A stretch of DNA of 63,497 nt, counting the filler, from Rhabdomonas costata (Eukaryota): the NCBI GenBank assembly GCA_019059605.1. It is 34 parts of 34 records of this genome, joined end to end, with 100 filler letters (N's around TTAATTAATTAA, not from the genome) between each part and the next. Parts side by side here need not be neighbours in the genome. Positions count along the whole stretch, not along the records: positions 26,186 to 27,959 come from JAHMHO010009296.1; positions 28,060 to 29,830 come from JAHMHO010009297.1; positions 29,931 to 31,701 come from JAHMHO010009298.1; positions 31,802 to 33,572 come from JAHMHO010009299.1; positions 33,673 to 35,443 come from JAHMHO010009300.1; positions 35,544 to 37,314 come from JAHMHO010009301.1; positions 37,415 to 39,185 come from JAHMHO010009302.1; 27 more parts are not named here. One strand, given 5' to 3'. Below the pieces are notes generated by a model. The model worked only from the letters and a program-made list of their open reading frames with translations. It had not been told where the DNA came from and made no database searches. A program made the position numbers and the translations under genes. Numbering within the stretch: position 1 is the stretch's first letter; each line of letters opens with the position of its first letter. Of the stretch, positions 26,944 through 37,883 are shown one piece after another.

Positions 26944-28263
26944 GTATGTGCGAGATAGATGAATTTATTCAACTTTCCTGTGTGTATGTGGAAGATCCCC
27001 TTGACGCGATGACTGTCAGTAGCAATAGTGGTGGTGGGAAGGGGTGACTCAGTGTGTTGTACAATTCTTGTGTGCGGGGACAGAAACCAGCCGCACGAGA
27101 AGCTTTGCTGCAATGTTGTCATGTGCAGGTTTTGTTTAACTGAAGACGTCCCCCTTTTGCTCTTTGTTTCGGGTGAGATGAAAGAGCGATCACCACAGAA
27201 AGTGAGTTCGATGTATTTGTGCGGGCATGTCCGATGTGTGCGTGTGCATTCTATGTGTATTTGTTCGAGGGAAAAGTGAGAGAGTCATGCGGCAAGTGGG
27301 GCAAAGGATATCACCACACAGGGGTGTGCCAGTGCTGTGGCATTGAGCGCTCAGAAAGTTCACTCCTCCCATTTCAGGGCCCCTAAACCTGCAGCACACC
27401 CTGCCCTTGTGTGGAAGCGATGTGAATGAATGGTCACAACCAAGGAACCCCTCAAAGCGCAAAGAAAGGCGAACCAGGAAGGGAGTAACGCTGAAAAGCT
27501 TATCCGAACAGGTTAGCATACACTCTTAGGTTAGGACAGCTATTCCTATTTCGTTGTCCGTCGTATCCATGAACTCTGTCCGAAACCCCATCCCCTAGCA
27601 TCATTCCCTTCTTTTCAAATCTGTGTCCACACATTTTATTTTCGTTACATCCGCTTCCTCTTTTCTCATTCTATCCTGTCCTTTCGCCCTTTGTCTTTTT
27701 TTTATCCCCGCGCTTTCTCCCTCTCCCTCGTTCATTCCCTCCTGTCCCGGTTTCATTCCCTCTCCTTTCCCTAGCTAACCCCCTTCAGAGAGGCTCTTTA
27801 GCACTCTATGACGATCAGCATATGCTACTTCGTATCCATCACACTGACCAGCCAACTCCAGGCACTTCCACAGTTCACGAGCACAGAAGCAGGGAGATCG
27901 ACAGAACAGCGGCACATCAACTCCCCCTCAGCTAGCGAGCTCTGCTCTCAACACAAAACNNNNNNNNNNNNNNNNNNNNNNNNNNNNNNNNNNNNNNNNN
28001 NNNTTAATTAATTAANNNNNNNNNNNNNNNNNNNNNNNNNNNNNNNNNNNNNNNNNNNNGGTGTGGTTGAGTCGCAGGAAGCGCGGGTTGGGCACATGTT
28101 AAACACGTGAAACAACCGTAACGCTGACTTGCTCTTTTTCGTTTTGCATAACCGGGATGCCAACAGAATTGCCAAGCAAGAATGCTTTGCATAAATGATG
28201 GGGAGAGATCTATTGGGTCCAGCTGCCCGAAGTGCAACGGGCAGGGATGAAAACGGCTCACAC

Positions 28264-28881
28264 CGTCCCAATTCCAAGCCAGACAGATTACTGCTCCTTT
28301 GTGCGCGTCGACCGACTTCTCCACACGGCCCGTCACAGGGTTAACGATGCGAAAGGTCCCTACAAAATCAAAATCAAATTGACTTTAAAGCATAAAAAAC
28401 CAAAAAAAAGCAGTCTGAAGAAAATTAAAACAACACCGTCAGAACAGGCCACCACAAAAAGGTCGGACCCCCCGCTCTTCTTCGTCACATTGGGGAACCA
28501 GCGAATTGCAGTAAAACAAGTGTCAATCTCACAGACCTGCAGGGGTGAGAGAAAAATTCGAACAGAAAAGGCACGAGTAAACTGGGATGCGTTGCAGAAG
28601 TAACAAGAAACATCATATTTCACGCGCCAGCATACTTTCGAGATAGGTTCCCCATTCATGTTCCACTTCCAGATTGTGGAGTCATCTCCACACGAAAATA
28701 GTTCCCCAGAGTACGACCAGCTCACGGCCGTGCATGTTTCCTGGTCTGCGCGTGAAAGAAAAACGTCCAGAATATTTCGGAGGTGGTGAAAGAGGATACG
28801 ATACATTGATACATTGATCACTCAAAAACATCCTATAAAACCACGCATGCTTTGTACCTCGGCTTGTAACTCAAGGCTCAT
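28264..28881 (-). CDS. IFT80: Intraflagellar transport protein 80, N-terminal 4 exons
   Basis: ATG at 28881; exons 28881-28845, 28745-28636, 28536-28437 and 28359-28264: MSLELQAEVQSMHQETCTAVSW...ELFSCGDDSTIWKWN...WFP...FVVACSDGTFRIV...GRVEKSVDAHKGAVICLAWNWDG, matching the IFT80 N-terminus. Confidence 0.93.
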
Positions 28882-29633
28882 TGGTATTCACTACTCACTA
28901 CTCACTACTGTTGTTCACTAGGTAGCTTGTAGCTTGGTGTTTTTTGGACTTTTGAAGAAACAAAAATGACGGATGGTGTTCACTGCTGCAGTATGCCAAA
29001 GTGGACGACAACCCCTCGCCCCATGTCTTACTCATTAGTCACCGCTTTGTGCACAAATGCCTGAAAAAAGATAAGGGGCATACGTTGATTTGTTGGGGAT
29101 TGTGTGACAATGATTCTCATTGGTCCGTCTTCTCGTCTTTTCTAATTTCCTAATTTACAGCTGTCTGATGAAAAGCTAAAATTTCCATTATAATATTATT
29201 TTAGCTTTAATGGAATTGAAGCACTTCAATTTTGTATTTTTGTTTCATTTATATTCATGGCTGAGCACGTTTTTATTGTTAAAACGCTTTCTGTTGTCGT
29301 GGTTTTAATGTCAGCGTACCGTAAATATGTCTTTTATTTTTGGAAGTCCCCCTCCGGACCAACTTCTTTCACGGAACCCACGCACTCGTCGCAATTACCC
29401 TGTCTACAGCATGTGGAACGCGTGCCGTCATTATTTATCACACCCTGGCACCCCACTTTCACCTTGTCTGGCTCCCCTTTCTTAGCTTCCTCAATCCGCA
29501 TCAAGCCCTCTAACCACCACTTGCGGTCCGTCTGGAGGTTTTTCGGCTGTCCCCTAAAAGCCCCTCTGTTACAAAGTGCGACTTGCGGCCCATGCTTAAT
29601 AAGTCTTCGGGGTCCTGGCATTCTGAGGAGGGG

Positions 29634-29823
29634 CCGAAATTTTGGAAGAAATCCTTGAGGACTCGAGACTGGATCTTCTTCGCCCTCACACACTAATATT
29701 AGCGGTGCAATTAAATTGTGGCACCTTTCAATTGCTGCGCTAACATTTGCACCGCTAATATTAGTGTGTGAGGGCGAAGAAGATCCAGTCTCGAGTCCTC
29801 AAGGATTTCTTCCAAAATTTCGG
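29634..29823. repeat. Perfect 77-bp inverted repeat with 36-nt spacer
   Basis: 29634-29710 is the reverse complement of 29747-29823. Confidence 0.95.
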
Positions 29824-30676
29824 ACCCCCANNNNNNNNNNNNNNNNNNNNNNNNNNNNNNNNNNNNNNNNNNNNTTAATTAATTAANNNNNNNNNNNNNN
29901 NNNNNNNNNNNNNNNNNNNNNNNNNNNNNNTCGGCTTCTGGGGCTCTCTCTCTCTCTCTCTCGCGTTCCCTGCCTCTCTCGCTCGCTCCCGTTGGTGTAG
30001 CAATCTCTCTGGTGGTGCTTCCTTCGAATGCGGACTTTGGCTTTTGGCGGGTGCTGTCCCCATTTTCGGCTTATGGCCTGGCGTTCGACCTGGGGTTGGA
30101 ATTCGTTGCCTCTTCTTTCTGGTAATCGCCGAAATCTGTGGAGGACCCCTTGGGTGAATGCCCCTCCCACCTTCCTCGCTGCTGCCACATACCTTAGCCC
30201 CGAGAAGTGGCGGGGCTGATTATCAAATGTACAGTGCAGTCGCGGTTTTTTTTTCGACTTTCTTGGGGCGGGCTGTGTTGCCGCGGCTGCGCCGCCTTGA
30301 CGCAACCCTTGGCTCGCTCGCCGTGATGGCGGCAACTCCGAGAGGTTCTTTTTTGTCCTTTCTTTTCCTTTTTGGTTTTTTTGTTTTCTGCCACAGGGCG
30401 GTGTGTATACAAGTGTACAAGTGTGTTGTTGACGCGAAGCTGATGCACCTTCTGCGCTTGAGAGGTGCTCGGGGCTTGGAGAACGATATCATGCAGCAAC
30501 CTTGTCGTAATCACCAAGGTGTTCACACCTCACCCTCACCTTTTCTTCTTCATCACTTCACCTACTGCGAGCACTCGGGCCTATTGAGGTATTCTCAAGC
30601 GGCACGGTGCTAGGCGGGCGTTGCCCGGTTCCAAAGAGGAGGCGGAAAATATCTATTACGACTTCGGAAACACAAC

Positions 30677-31320
30677 CAAGGCCCCATCGGTTGAACAGGG
30701 GGGTTGGGGGAGCGGTTGACGGATATGGGCTGAGTTCCAGGAAGTACCTAATGTCTGCAGAATCACGGCAAGCCTCTCCGATAAGCTCACCTTCGCCATG
30801 TACCCCGCTTGCACGTGCACCGGGAATACGGGCTGCCCTGCGAAGACTTGCAACATGAGGCACCCCAGGGCCCAGATGTCGCTCTTGGGGCAGGGCTCAC
30901 CCCCCCAGATCTGCTCCGGGGCCTCGTACACTGCCCCAAGGGTGGCGGAAGGCTCAAAGAATGCCGAGCACACGTCCAGCTGGACGTGGCCCTTGTCATC
31001 CATGAAGACGCTGGTGGGGTCGACCTTGCCAAGGCACAGCCCAGTCTAATGGCGACGGAAACCAAGAACGGGGAGGAAAATGTAAACTGGATACGTGAAG
31101 GGACGAGGCAGGGGGTCTCAGTGCGGGTGTTATGCGGAGGAAAGGTGGCAGCACACTGCAGCAGGGCAGCAGGGTAGCAGCGTGGTTTGGCTCACAGCAT
31201 AACATTGCACGTGAGATGGAGAAAAGCAGCGTATAGAAGAGGTGAACCTCGTGAAGGAAGGCTAAGGCCTTCAGCAGTGCACGGAATTGCTTCCTCCCCA
31301 GCGAAAGGTCGACCGCTCGA
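30677..31320 (-). CDS. Partial CMGC-like protein kinase fold, probable pseudokinase
   Basis: Exons ~31320-31248 and 31045-~30677: FRALLKALAFLHE|TGLCLGKVDPTSVFMDDKGHVQLDVC...YEAPEQIWG...KSDIWALGCLMLQVFAGQPVFP...RLAVILQTLGT. Confidence 0.8.
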
Positions 31321-31882
31321 CTCCAGGAAGAGGCTTTGTTTGAATGAGGTGAGGGAGAGGGATAACAGCCAAACAAATTTCACGCTTCCGCTTATCCTTC
31401 ATGTTTTCCTAACGTGAAAGGACACCGTACTCATCATCCAAGTGGGAGAAATCACGAAAAGGGGTGAAGAGCACCAAGGAGCCACCACAACCATTTTTGA
31501 AAAGAACCCGTGCATCGAGACCCTCTGTAGCAAAGACGCACAGGATGCCATTCCCTTTGACACAACGCAAGCGGGGGATGCAGTCCTTGAAATACAAAAG
31601 AAAAGCTGAGCCAAAATGGGAGGCGGAGCTCCAGCGACTCTCTCATACGTGCAGCGGTGAGCGCGTAGAAGCTGTTGCCCCCGGCACGTAAACCCAAACC
31701 CNNNNNNNNNNNNNNNNNNNNNNNNNNNNNNNNNNNNNNNNNNNNTTAATTAATTAANNNNNNNNNNNNNNNNNNNNNNNNNNNNNNNNNNNNNNNNNNN
31801 NGGGTGGGGTTGTTCATTGTGGCGTCCACGAACTCAGATTTCCTAGATCTAGAGAGTCCTTCTCCGCAATGAACAAGCTCAT

Positions 31883-33561
31883 TCAAGGGAGATACGTTAC
31901 CACACTGACGCGGTGGCTGCGCCCACTTGCACTTCCCGGTCCCGCAAAGAAGCGCTCATCACGAAGCTTGTCGTATACCTGCCTCAATGCCGCCAAATGC
32001 TCCTCAAGAGTCTTGGTGTAAACCAAGATGTCGTCGATGTAGGCTCCTGAGAACTTCCTCATCGTTTGGAAGATGAAGTTCATCGTCTTCTGGAATGTAG
32101 CTTGGTCATTGCAGAGACCGAACGGCATGACCTGATAGGCGAAGGTGCCGTACTTCGTTTTGAAGGCTGTGCGCTCCACGTGGTGTTGGTGGACACGTAT
32201 CTGGTGGAAGCCAGAGTGCAGGTTAAGCTTGTAGAATAAGAAGCTATCTCCAACTAGATCAAGCATCTCGTCGATTCGTGGAATGTAGTACTTGTCCACC
32301 AGGGTCAGCTTGTTGATGGGTCGGTAGCCCACCACCATCCGTAGCTTCCAGTTGGCTTTTGGGAAGAAAAGGATTCCTGATCCGTAGGGGGACGTGACTT
32401 CCTTGATGTACTTATGGTCCAGCAAGTCCTTCGGCTGACGCTGTAACTCAGCATCTTCGCTGGGGGCCAATCTGTACATGCGCGGAGCTGGGATGCGAAA
32501 CTTATCTGGGAAGTCAATGCGGTGATCGGTTGGACGAGCTGGTGGTAACCCTGTTGGCAGCTTCTCTGGAAAGATATCTTTGTACTCCACGTTGATCCTG
32601 ATCACCTGTGGTGTAATTGGAGCTGTATGAACTGGAGGGCCACAGGTCGCTGGATCAAGATTCCTGATCAGCTCCTGAACGTCTTTGCGCGCTGACAGCT
32701 TCTTCTGCTTCCCCATCTTCCTTTCGGGGTCGGCGGCGAGCAGCACACGCCTGTCACGATCAGAAGGTTACACCTCTTCCAGACTGTGGAGACCAAACAT
32801 GGTGGATAGCGGCTCCTCCATTGATCTGGGCGTGATTACCGCAGGTGTTTTGTGTTCTGGCTGCGGAGGCAGAGGCGGAGCAGCCGCCTTGCGCTCCAGA
32901 AAGGTTAGCTGATATCTCGATTGTGGCAACACAAAATTGCTTTAAAGGGCAACATGTGATATATAAGGAAAAGCATCTTCCAATTCCAAAGCGTCCGAAT
33001 TGGAAGATGACGCATGTCGTACTTCCAACTTCCGTGTGACGTCGGTTTTGGGGTCGATCACTTCTGTGGTTGGCTGCTATGAAACACAAGGAGCGGCCTG
33101 GGGTTCCGAAACCGAACCAACTCCAGAGGATCCGAACCCACCCTTACCTCGCACACTCCCCCAAAGTTGTGGAACAACGCGCACGGGGGGTGTCGCAATG
33201 TAATCAAACAGGAATTGCGCCACCCAATTACCCTTCTTGACGTGGTAGTCCATACTTACGTGGTTGAACAGCAAGATATTCACATTCCCTCGGTAGTCGG
33301 ATTAATTACTCCAGCTCCAACCGAGATGTGGTGCTTCCAGGCCAAACCACTGCGCGAGGCAATGCGTCCATACAAGCCTGTAGGTATGGCAAAGGCCAAG
33401 TCTGTGGGAATAAGCGCATTGTATCCAGCTTCAATGACCACATCTTCTGCACTGGCCAGGTCAAAACCTGATGCAAGTTGGGTGCTTCGGCGTAGCAAAA
33501 TAGCCTTGCTGATGAGGCATTTAACCAGCAGAGGTTCCACCTCTGAAACCAAAACCCACAC
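31883..33561 (-). mobile_element. Degenerate Ty3/gypsy LTR retrotransposon pol fragment: dUTPase, linker, reverse transcriptase
   Basis: RT motifs HRIDF, SPYGSGILF, LRMVVGYR, SGFHQIRV, TAFKTKYG, MPFGL and YIDDIL lie at 32746-31883, downstream of a dUTPase. There is one frameshift near 33298, three in-frame stops, and RT is truncated near 31910. Confidence 0.93.
33110..33545 (-). pseudogene. Trimeric dUTPase domain within the retroelement, frameshifted
   Basis: All five motifs are present: SGFDL, GRIASRSGLA, AGVINP(D)YRG, KGNWVAQ and RGKGGFGSSG. Confidence 0.92.
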
Positions 33562-33683
33562 ACACCCAACACNNNNNNNNNNNNNNNNNNNNNNNNNNNN
33601 NNNNNNNNNNNNNNNNTTAATTAATTAANNNNNNNNNNNNNNNNNNNNNNNNNNNNNNNNNNNNNNNNNNNNGTGTGGGGGTT

Positions 33684-33753
33684 TGCCTCCCCTCCTAACC
33701 CCCGAAAAGAGTCACCCCGAGGTGAGTTTATTCGGGGGTTAGGAGGGGAGGCA
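33684..33753. repeat. 70-bp hairpin/palindrome
   Basis: 23-bp perfect arms (tgcctcccctcctaacccccgaa / ttcgggggttaggaggggaggca) plus an imperfect inner stem closing a CCGA loop. Confidence 0.9.
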
Positions 33754-34154
33754 CACGTCCCGGCAGCACATCAAACATTCGTTCACTGCGATCACAATAA
33801 TATTTCTAAGTGAATAAGTGAATTTTTATTGCACAGCAATGAAGAGGGGCCTGCAAACAAAGCAAGCCCCGTGCAGTCCCCAAGCTTAGCTTATGATAAT
33901 AGGCAAAGCCATATTAAATGCAATTTAAAAACGTGCCTGGTGAGATGCTTCTGCACAACAGAAAGGCGAGTTTGCTGCAGGCCCAGCGCCTGGAGACAAA
34001 AGAAGAGAAAACGGGCCAGTAAGCGGACAAGTGTTCCCGATTGTCACGCCGGTTTGGGCAGTGGGCAGCAAGTGCTTTCGAGCCTTTTGTTTTTTGTTTT
34101 TTTTCAGGGGGGGGGCTTTTGGCTCTGGGTCCATTCAGTCCGTTTCCAATCCAC

Positions 34155-35257
34155 CTTGATCGCGTGCAGCCCGAACTGGAAGAAGTTGAAAAACACGCTT
34201 ACACGGACACACACACACACACACGTAAACTGACACACAAAACGTATCAATTATCCAGGGAATATTGTCGGATCTCATTGTGGAAAAAACAATTACGCCA
34301 GTTAGCTGTCATATTTGCGCCATTTGGTCATTTACGGCAAATTAGACCAAAGCACCAAGTTGAGAGTGACGCTCATTCCCGAACACAAAACGTATGTCTT
34401 TGGTCAAAATAAGGTAAAAACAACGTAAAATAAGCCCTGATATAACCCAGGTGTCCAAGGTATCCAGGTACCCAAGCGGACTGTTTGGGAAGCACTCCTT
34501 CTTCAGTGATTTTGACAGCCATTGCCCCCGTCTGCCTTCAGTTCGGCTAGAAGGCAAGTCGTTTGGGACAACTCCCTTCTTTTACATTCTCTGAACAAGG
34601 TGCGAGAAAGAGCTCTGACTTCCTTGCAACTGTTTCTTTTTTTTGTCGAACCCCCGGGATCAACAGCTTTCAGTTCCTGAACTCGTATTCAACCCCCAAA
34701 AAGAGAAAAGTACGAATAGCGAAGGAAAAGGGCACAACCTGGGCTGTAATTGAAACGGGCAAAGAGCAGCGAACCCAACGCTGCCACACAACGTTGGAAA
34801 TTTCGGGCACCTCTTCCGGAGCCATCGGCTCCTGCCGGCTTTCCAGGGTCATTATTTGACGTCCTTTGCTGAAAGCAGCTGAAATTAAATGCTGAAGACG
34901 GGCGAAGAACAAGCCGCGAGGAGCTGTGGAGTCAGGGGAAGGCCAAGGGCGTGCTTAAATAGTGCAAAATGCCTCTGTGGCAGAAACAATCAAAAAGGTG
35001 GGCAGGGAGGTGAGTGGTGAGGGTGATGGACAAGGAGGTAAAAAAGCTGAATCCAAAATTGCCCTCCATGCCGTTCATGACTTCAACGGCGGAAATTCGG
35101 AAAAATAAAGGGAAACAGCAGCTTCACACTTGGACGATGTCCGCGCGTCCGCTTTCCGGAAACAGATGTCTTCTCAAGACTTAAAAATCGTATTTGTTTT
35201 TCATCCAGCTCAAGAGCACATGCCCCACAATCCCAAGCACAGCTCGAAGCGTGTAGC
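34155..35257 (-). CDS. Two small exons of a putative membrane protein
   Basis: Exons 35257-35224 and 34197-34155 join in phase via a GC-AG intron to give YTLRAVLGIVGVFFNFFQFGLHAIK. Confidence 0.4.
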
Positions 35258-37791
35258 CTTTTCCTTTGCTGTTTTCGTAAAGTCCAATCACCCAAGCCGA
35301 AGAGAAACGCAGTGGTGCTTACCACTTGGAGAAGTGCCACCGTCGCTGGATTTGCTTCACAATTTGCGTGACGCGACGCAATTTGTTTTCAATGAAAGCC
35401 TCGCCCTGCACCGTCTGGAGTGATCTGAAGCCTCAAAAAAAAANNNNNNNNNNNNNNNNNNNNNNNNNNNNNNNNNNNNNNNNNNNNTTAATTAATTAAN
35501 NNNNNNNNNNNNNNNNNNNNNNNNNNNNNNNNNNNNNNNNNNNGGGGTTGGGGAATGATTGACAATTAGCTCCCGACGATATGTGACGTAATCACTCCTC
35601 ACAAAAACCTTGAATATGCGGAAACGCAAATAAGGCGTATTATGGCGTATAGCTTAGTGGCCCTTTGAAAACCTTCAGTCTTTCAGTGGCATTGGGGTGC
35701 CATTATTTGGGATCAAAGCCCCTCAGCACAGGCCTGAACTTTCGGTCTCCCGGGGACCCAGGTGGACTTCATAACCGGTGTGGCGGAAATATGGCCGTTT
35801 TCTGTTGGGGGGTGGCTTTTTTTTGGCAACACAGGACGGGAAAACCTCATACAAAAAGGGTTGGGATGCCCAACTCCGGGACCCAGGCGGCCGGCGATCG
35901 CCGCGAGCCCAAACTGGGTGGTCTCACACGGGGCTTGTTGTCGACCAACGGGGTCCCTGCGGGGTCCACCGGGGCGCTGGTGGCCAAGCATGCTTACGAT
36001 CTAACAAAGTGTGTTGCACAAGTGTGCGAAAAAGGTTCCGACCGGAATGAAAGAATCATAGGTGAGCGCCCTTGTTTTCAAAAATCGGATTGATCGGCGA
36101 ATGTTAGCTTATAAACCCCATTGAAGCACAAACAGAACTAACCCAAATGGGCGTGGGTCTCGTGAAAAATGCCGTAATGCAGCCCTGTGGTGGGGGGGAG
36201 GGCGGAATCGCCGCTCGAGCACCCTATAGCCGCGCCCGGAAAGGGGACAGTGACGAAGAGGAAGAACCAGAAGAAACGTCCCTCCCGGAGGCCTCCTGCT
36301 CCACACGGTCAGCAAGGCGGTCAGGCGGGGAATCGTGTAGAACACGCATCTGATTCATGTGCTGGACAGGAGGAGATGTAGTGCGGTGTGGAGGACAGCA
36401 ATCGCTGAAGAGGACAAACAGAGCGATAGCAGCGAGAACGAGAGAGTGAAGAGCAAGCAACTCATCAGGGGGTAGCGGGGAACTCCTCCACTGCCAGTCT
36501 CCGTCCTCACCAGCGAGGACCAGTCCCAACCCCAAGGCTCCACAATCCGTGGCACCCCGAGCCTGCCCTCCTCGGGCTCAACCCGTCACACCCGCCCCCT
36601 CTCGAGATGCAGGAGGTGCTGAGCGAGTTGTGCCGCTTCTGCGGGAACCGGCTCCCCCGACCAGCCAACACCAACGCCCACCACCACACCTCTGAGCTCT
36701 GCGGTGGAACCGCATATGACGGCTAACGCATAAACAGGCGGTTACCACCACGTGTGCCCCAGAGGACTCCACCAGGGCGTGCGGGCGCAAACCCATGTAC
36801 CCATCAGCGAAACCTCCATCCACGTTTCTACGCCAACCAAGCGCTATGATGATCACCACACGAAGGTAGGTTGAACAAGATGTCGTGAATATGGCGCAAA
36901 AGTAAGTCACTGAAACTCGCAATGAAGGTGTGTGAACCCGCATTGGGGTCGTCATGTGGGCGGTCCATAAAGTCTGCACCATGTTCGATTCGTGCTGCCA
37001 GAAGAAAAGCGTGTAATGTAATAGGAATAGGTCCCATCGTCCTGAGAAAGGCTGGGGTGCTAGTGTTCTTGTGCGACATTGTTCAGGGTATGCGGGTGTG
37101 GTAGTCCGCGTTGGGTGTGGTGTGGTGGTCCAGTGGCGGGTGTTGCAATGGCTGTGCAGGTAAATGAGAATACTCTCCACGGGGTACTTTTGGCAGTTGA
37201 GTTATGAGACAGTCCATGGCCACTCACATTCCAGTGGTTCTCACGGCACCCTTAGCTTTCCAGTTGGAGCTTCCGGCACCAGTTTCGTTCCACAAGAGCT
37301 CCAGGAGCTGATCGNNNNNNNNNNNNNNNNNNNNNNNNNNNNNNNNNNNNNNNNNNNNTTAATTAATTAANNNNNNNNNNNNNNNNNNNNNNNNNNNNNN
37401 NNNNNNNNNNNNNNGTGGTGGGTGTGTTTGGGGTGTGTTTTTTCTCGTGCTCTTCTTTGTGCTACCCTGTTAAATGCTTATTTGTGTTTTTCAGGAACTC
37501 CACGCCACTGCTGCACCACCCTTCCGCGCGTATGTGTTTCTTTGCTTGTCTTTCTGGTCTCCGCTTTGCTTTTGTACCAGCCAGAGTGCGGCCAACCTGC
37601 CGCCAGCATGCCGCCAAGTGGCAGCCCCCGACCGCCAGTCAGCCCTGGGCGCCGGGACAGCCCGCCTGATGCCCCTGATGCTCAAGAAGACCAACACACA
37701 TGCACACACACAAATGTACACTGCACTTGACCTCTGCACCACTTTTGCTGCACCCGACTAACGGATTCTTTTGGCCACACCCTAACCCACC

Positions 37792-37883
37792 CAGTTTCTG
37801 ACATTAGTCGCCCCTTGACTTTTTCCGGGGCTCCCCCGCCCCTATGGGGAAGGGGGTAACGGACCTCCTAATGTCAGAAACCG
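37792..37883. repeat. 92-bp element with 16-bp terminal inverted repeats (MITE-like)
   Basis: cagtttctgacattag ... ctaatgtcagaaaccg, 15/16 complementary; no clear target-site duplication. Confidence 0.55.

Noticed and set aside
32768-33079. TAA/TAG reassigned to Gln (alternative genetic code)
   Set aside because: Enolase terminates at TAA, no host exon contains in-frame TAR, and the element also has a frameshift, so decay explains the stops.
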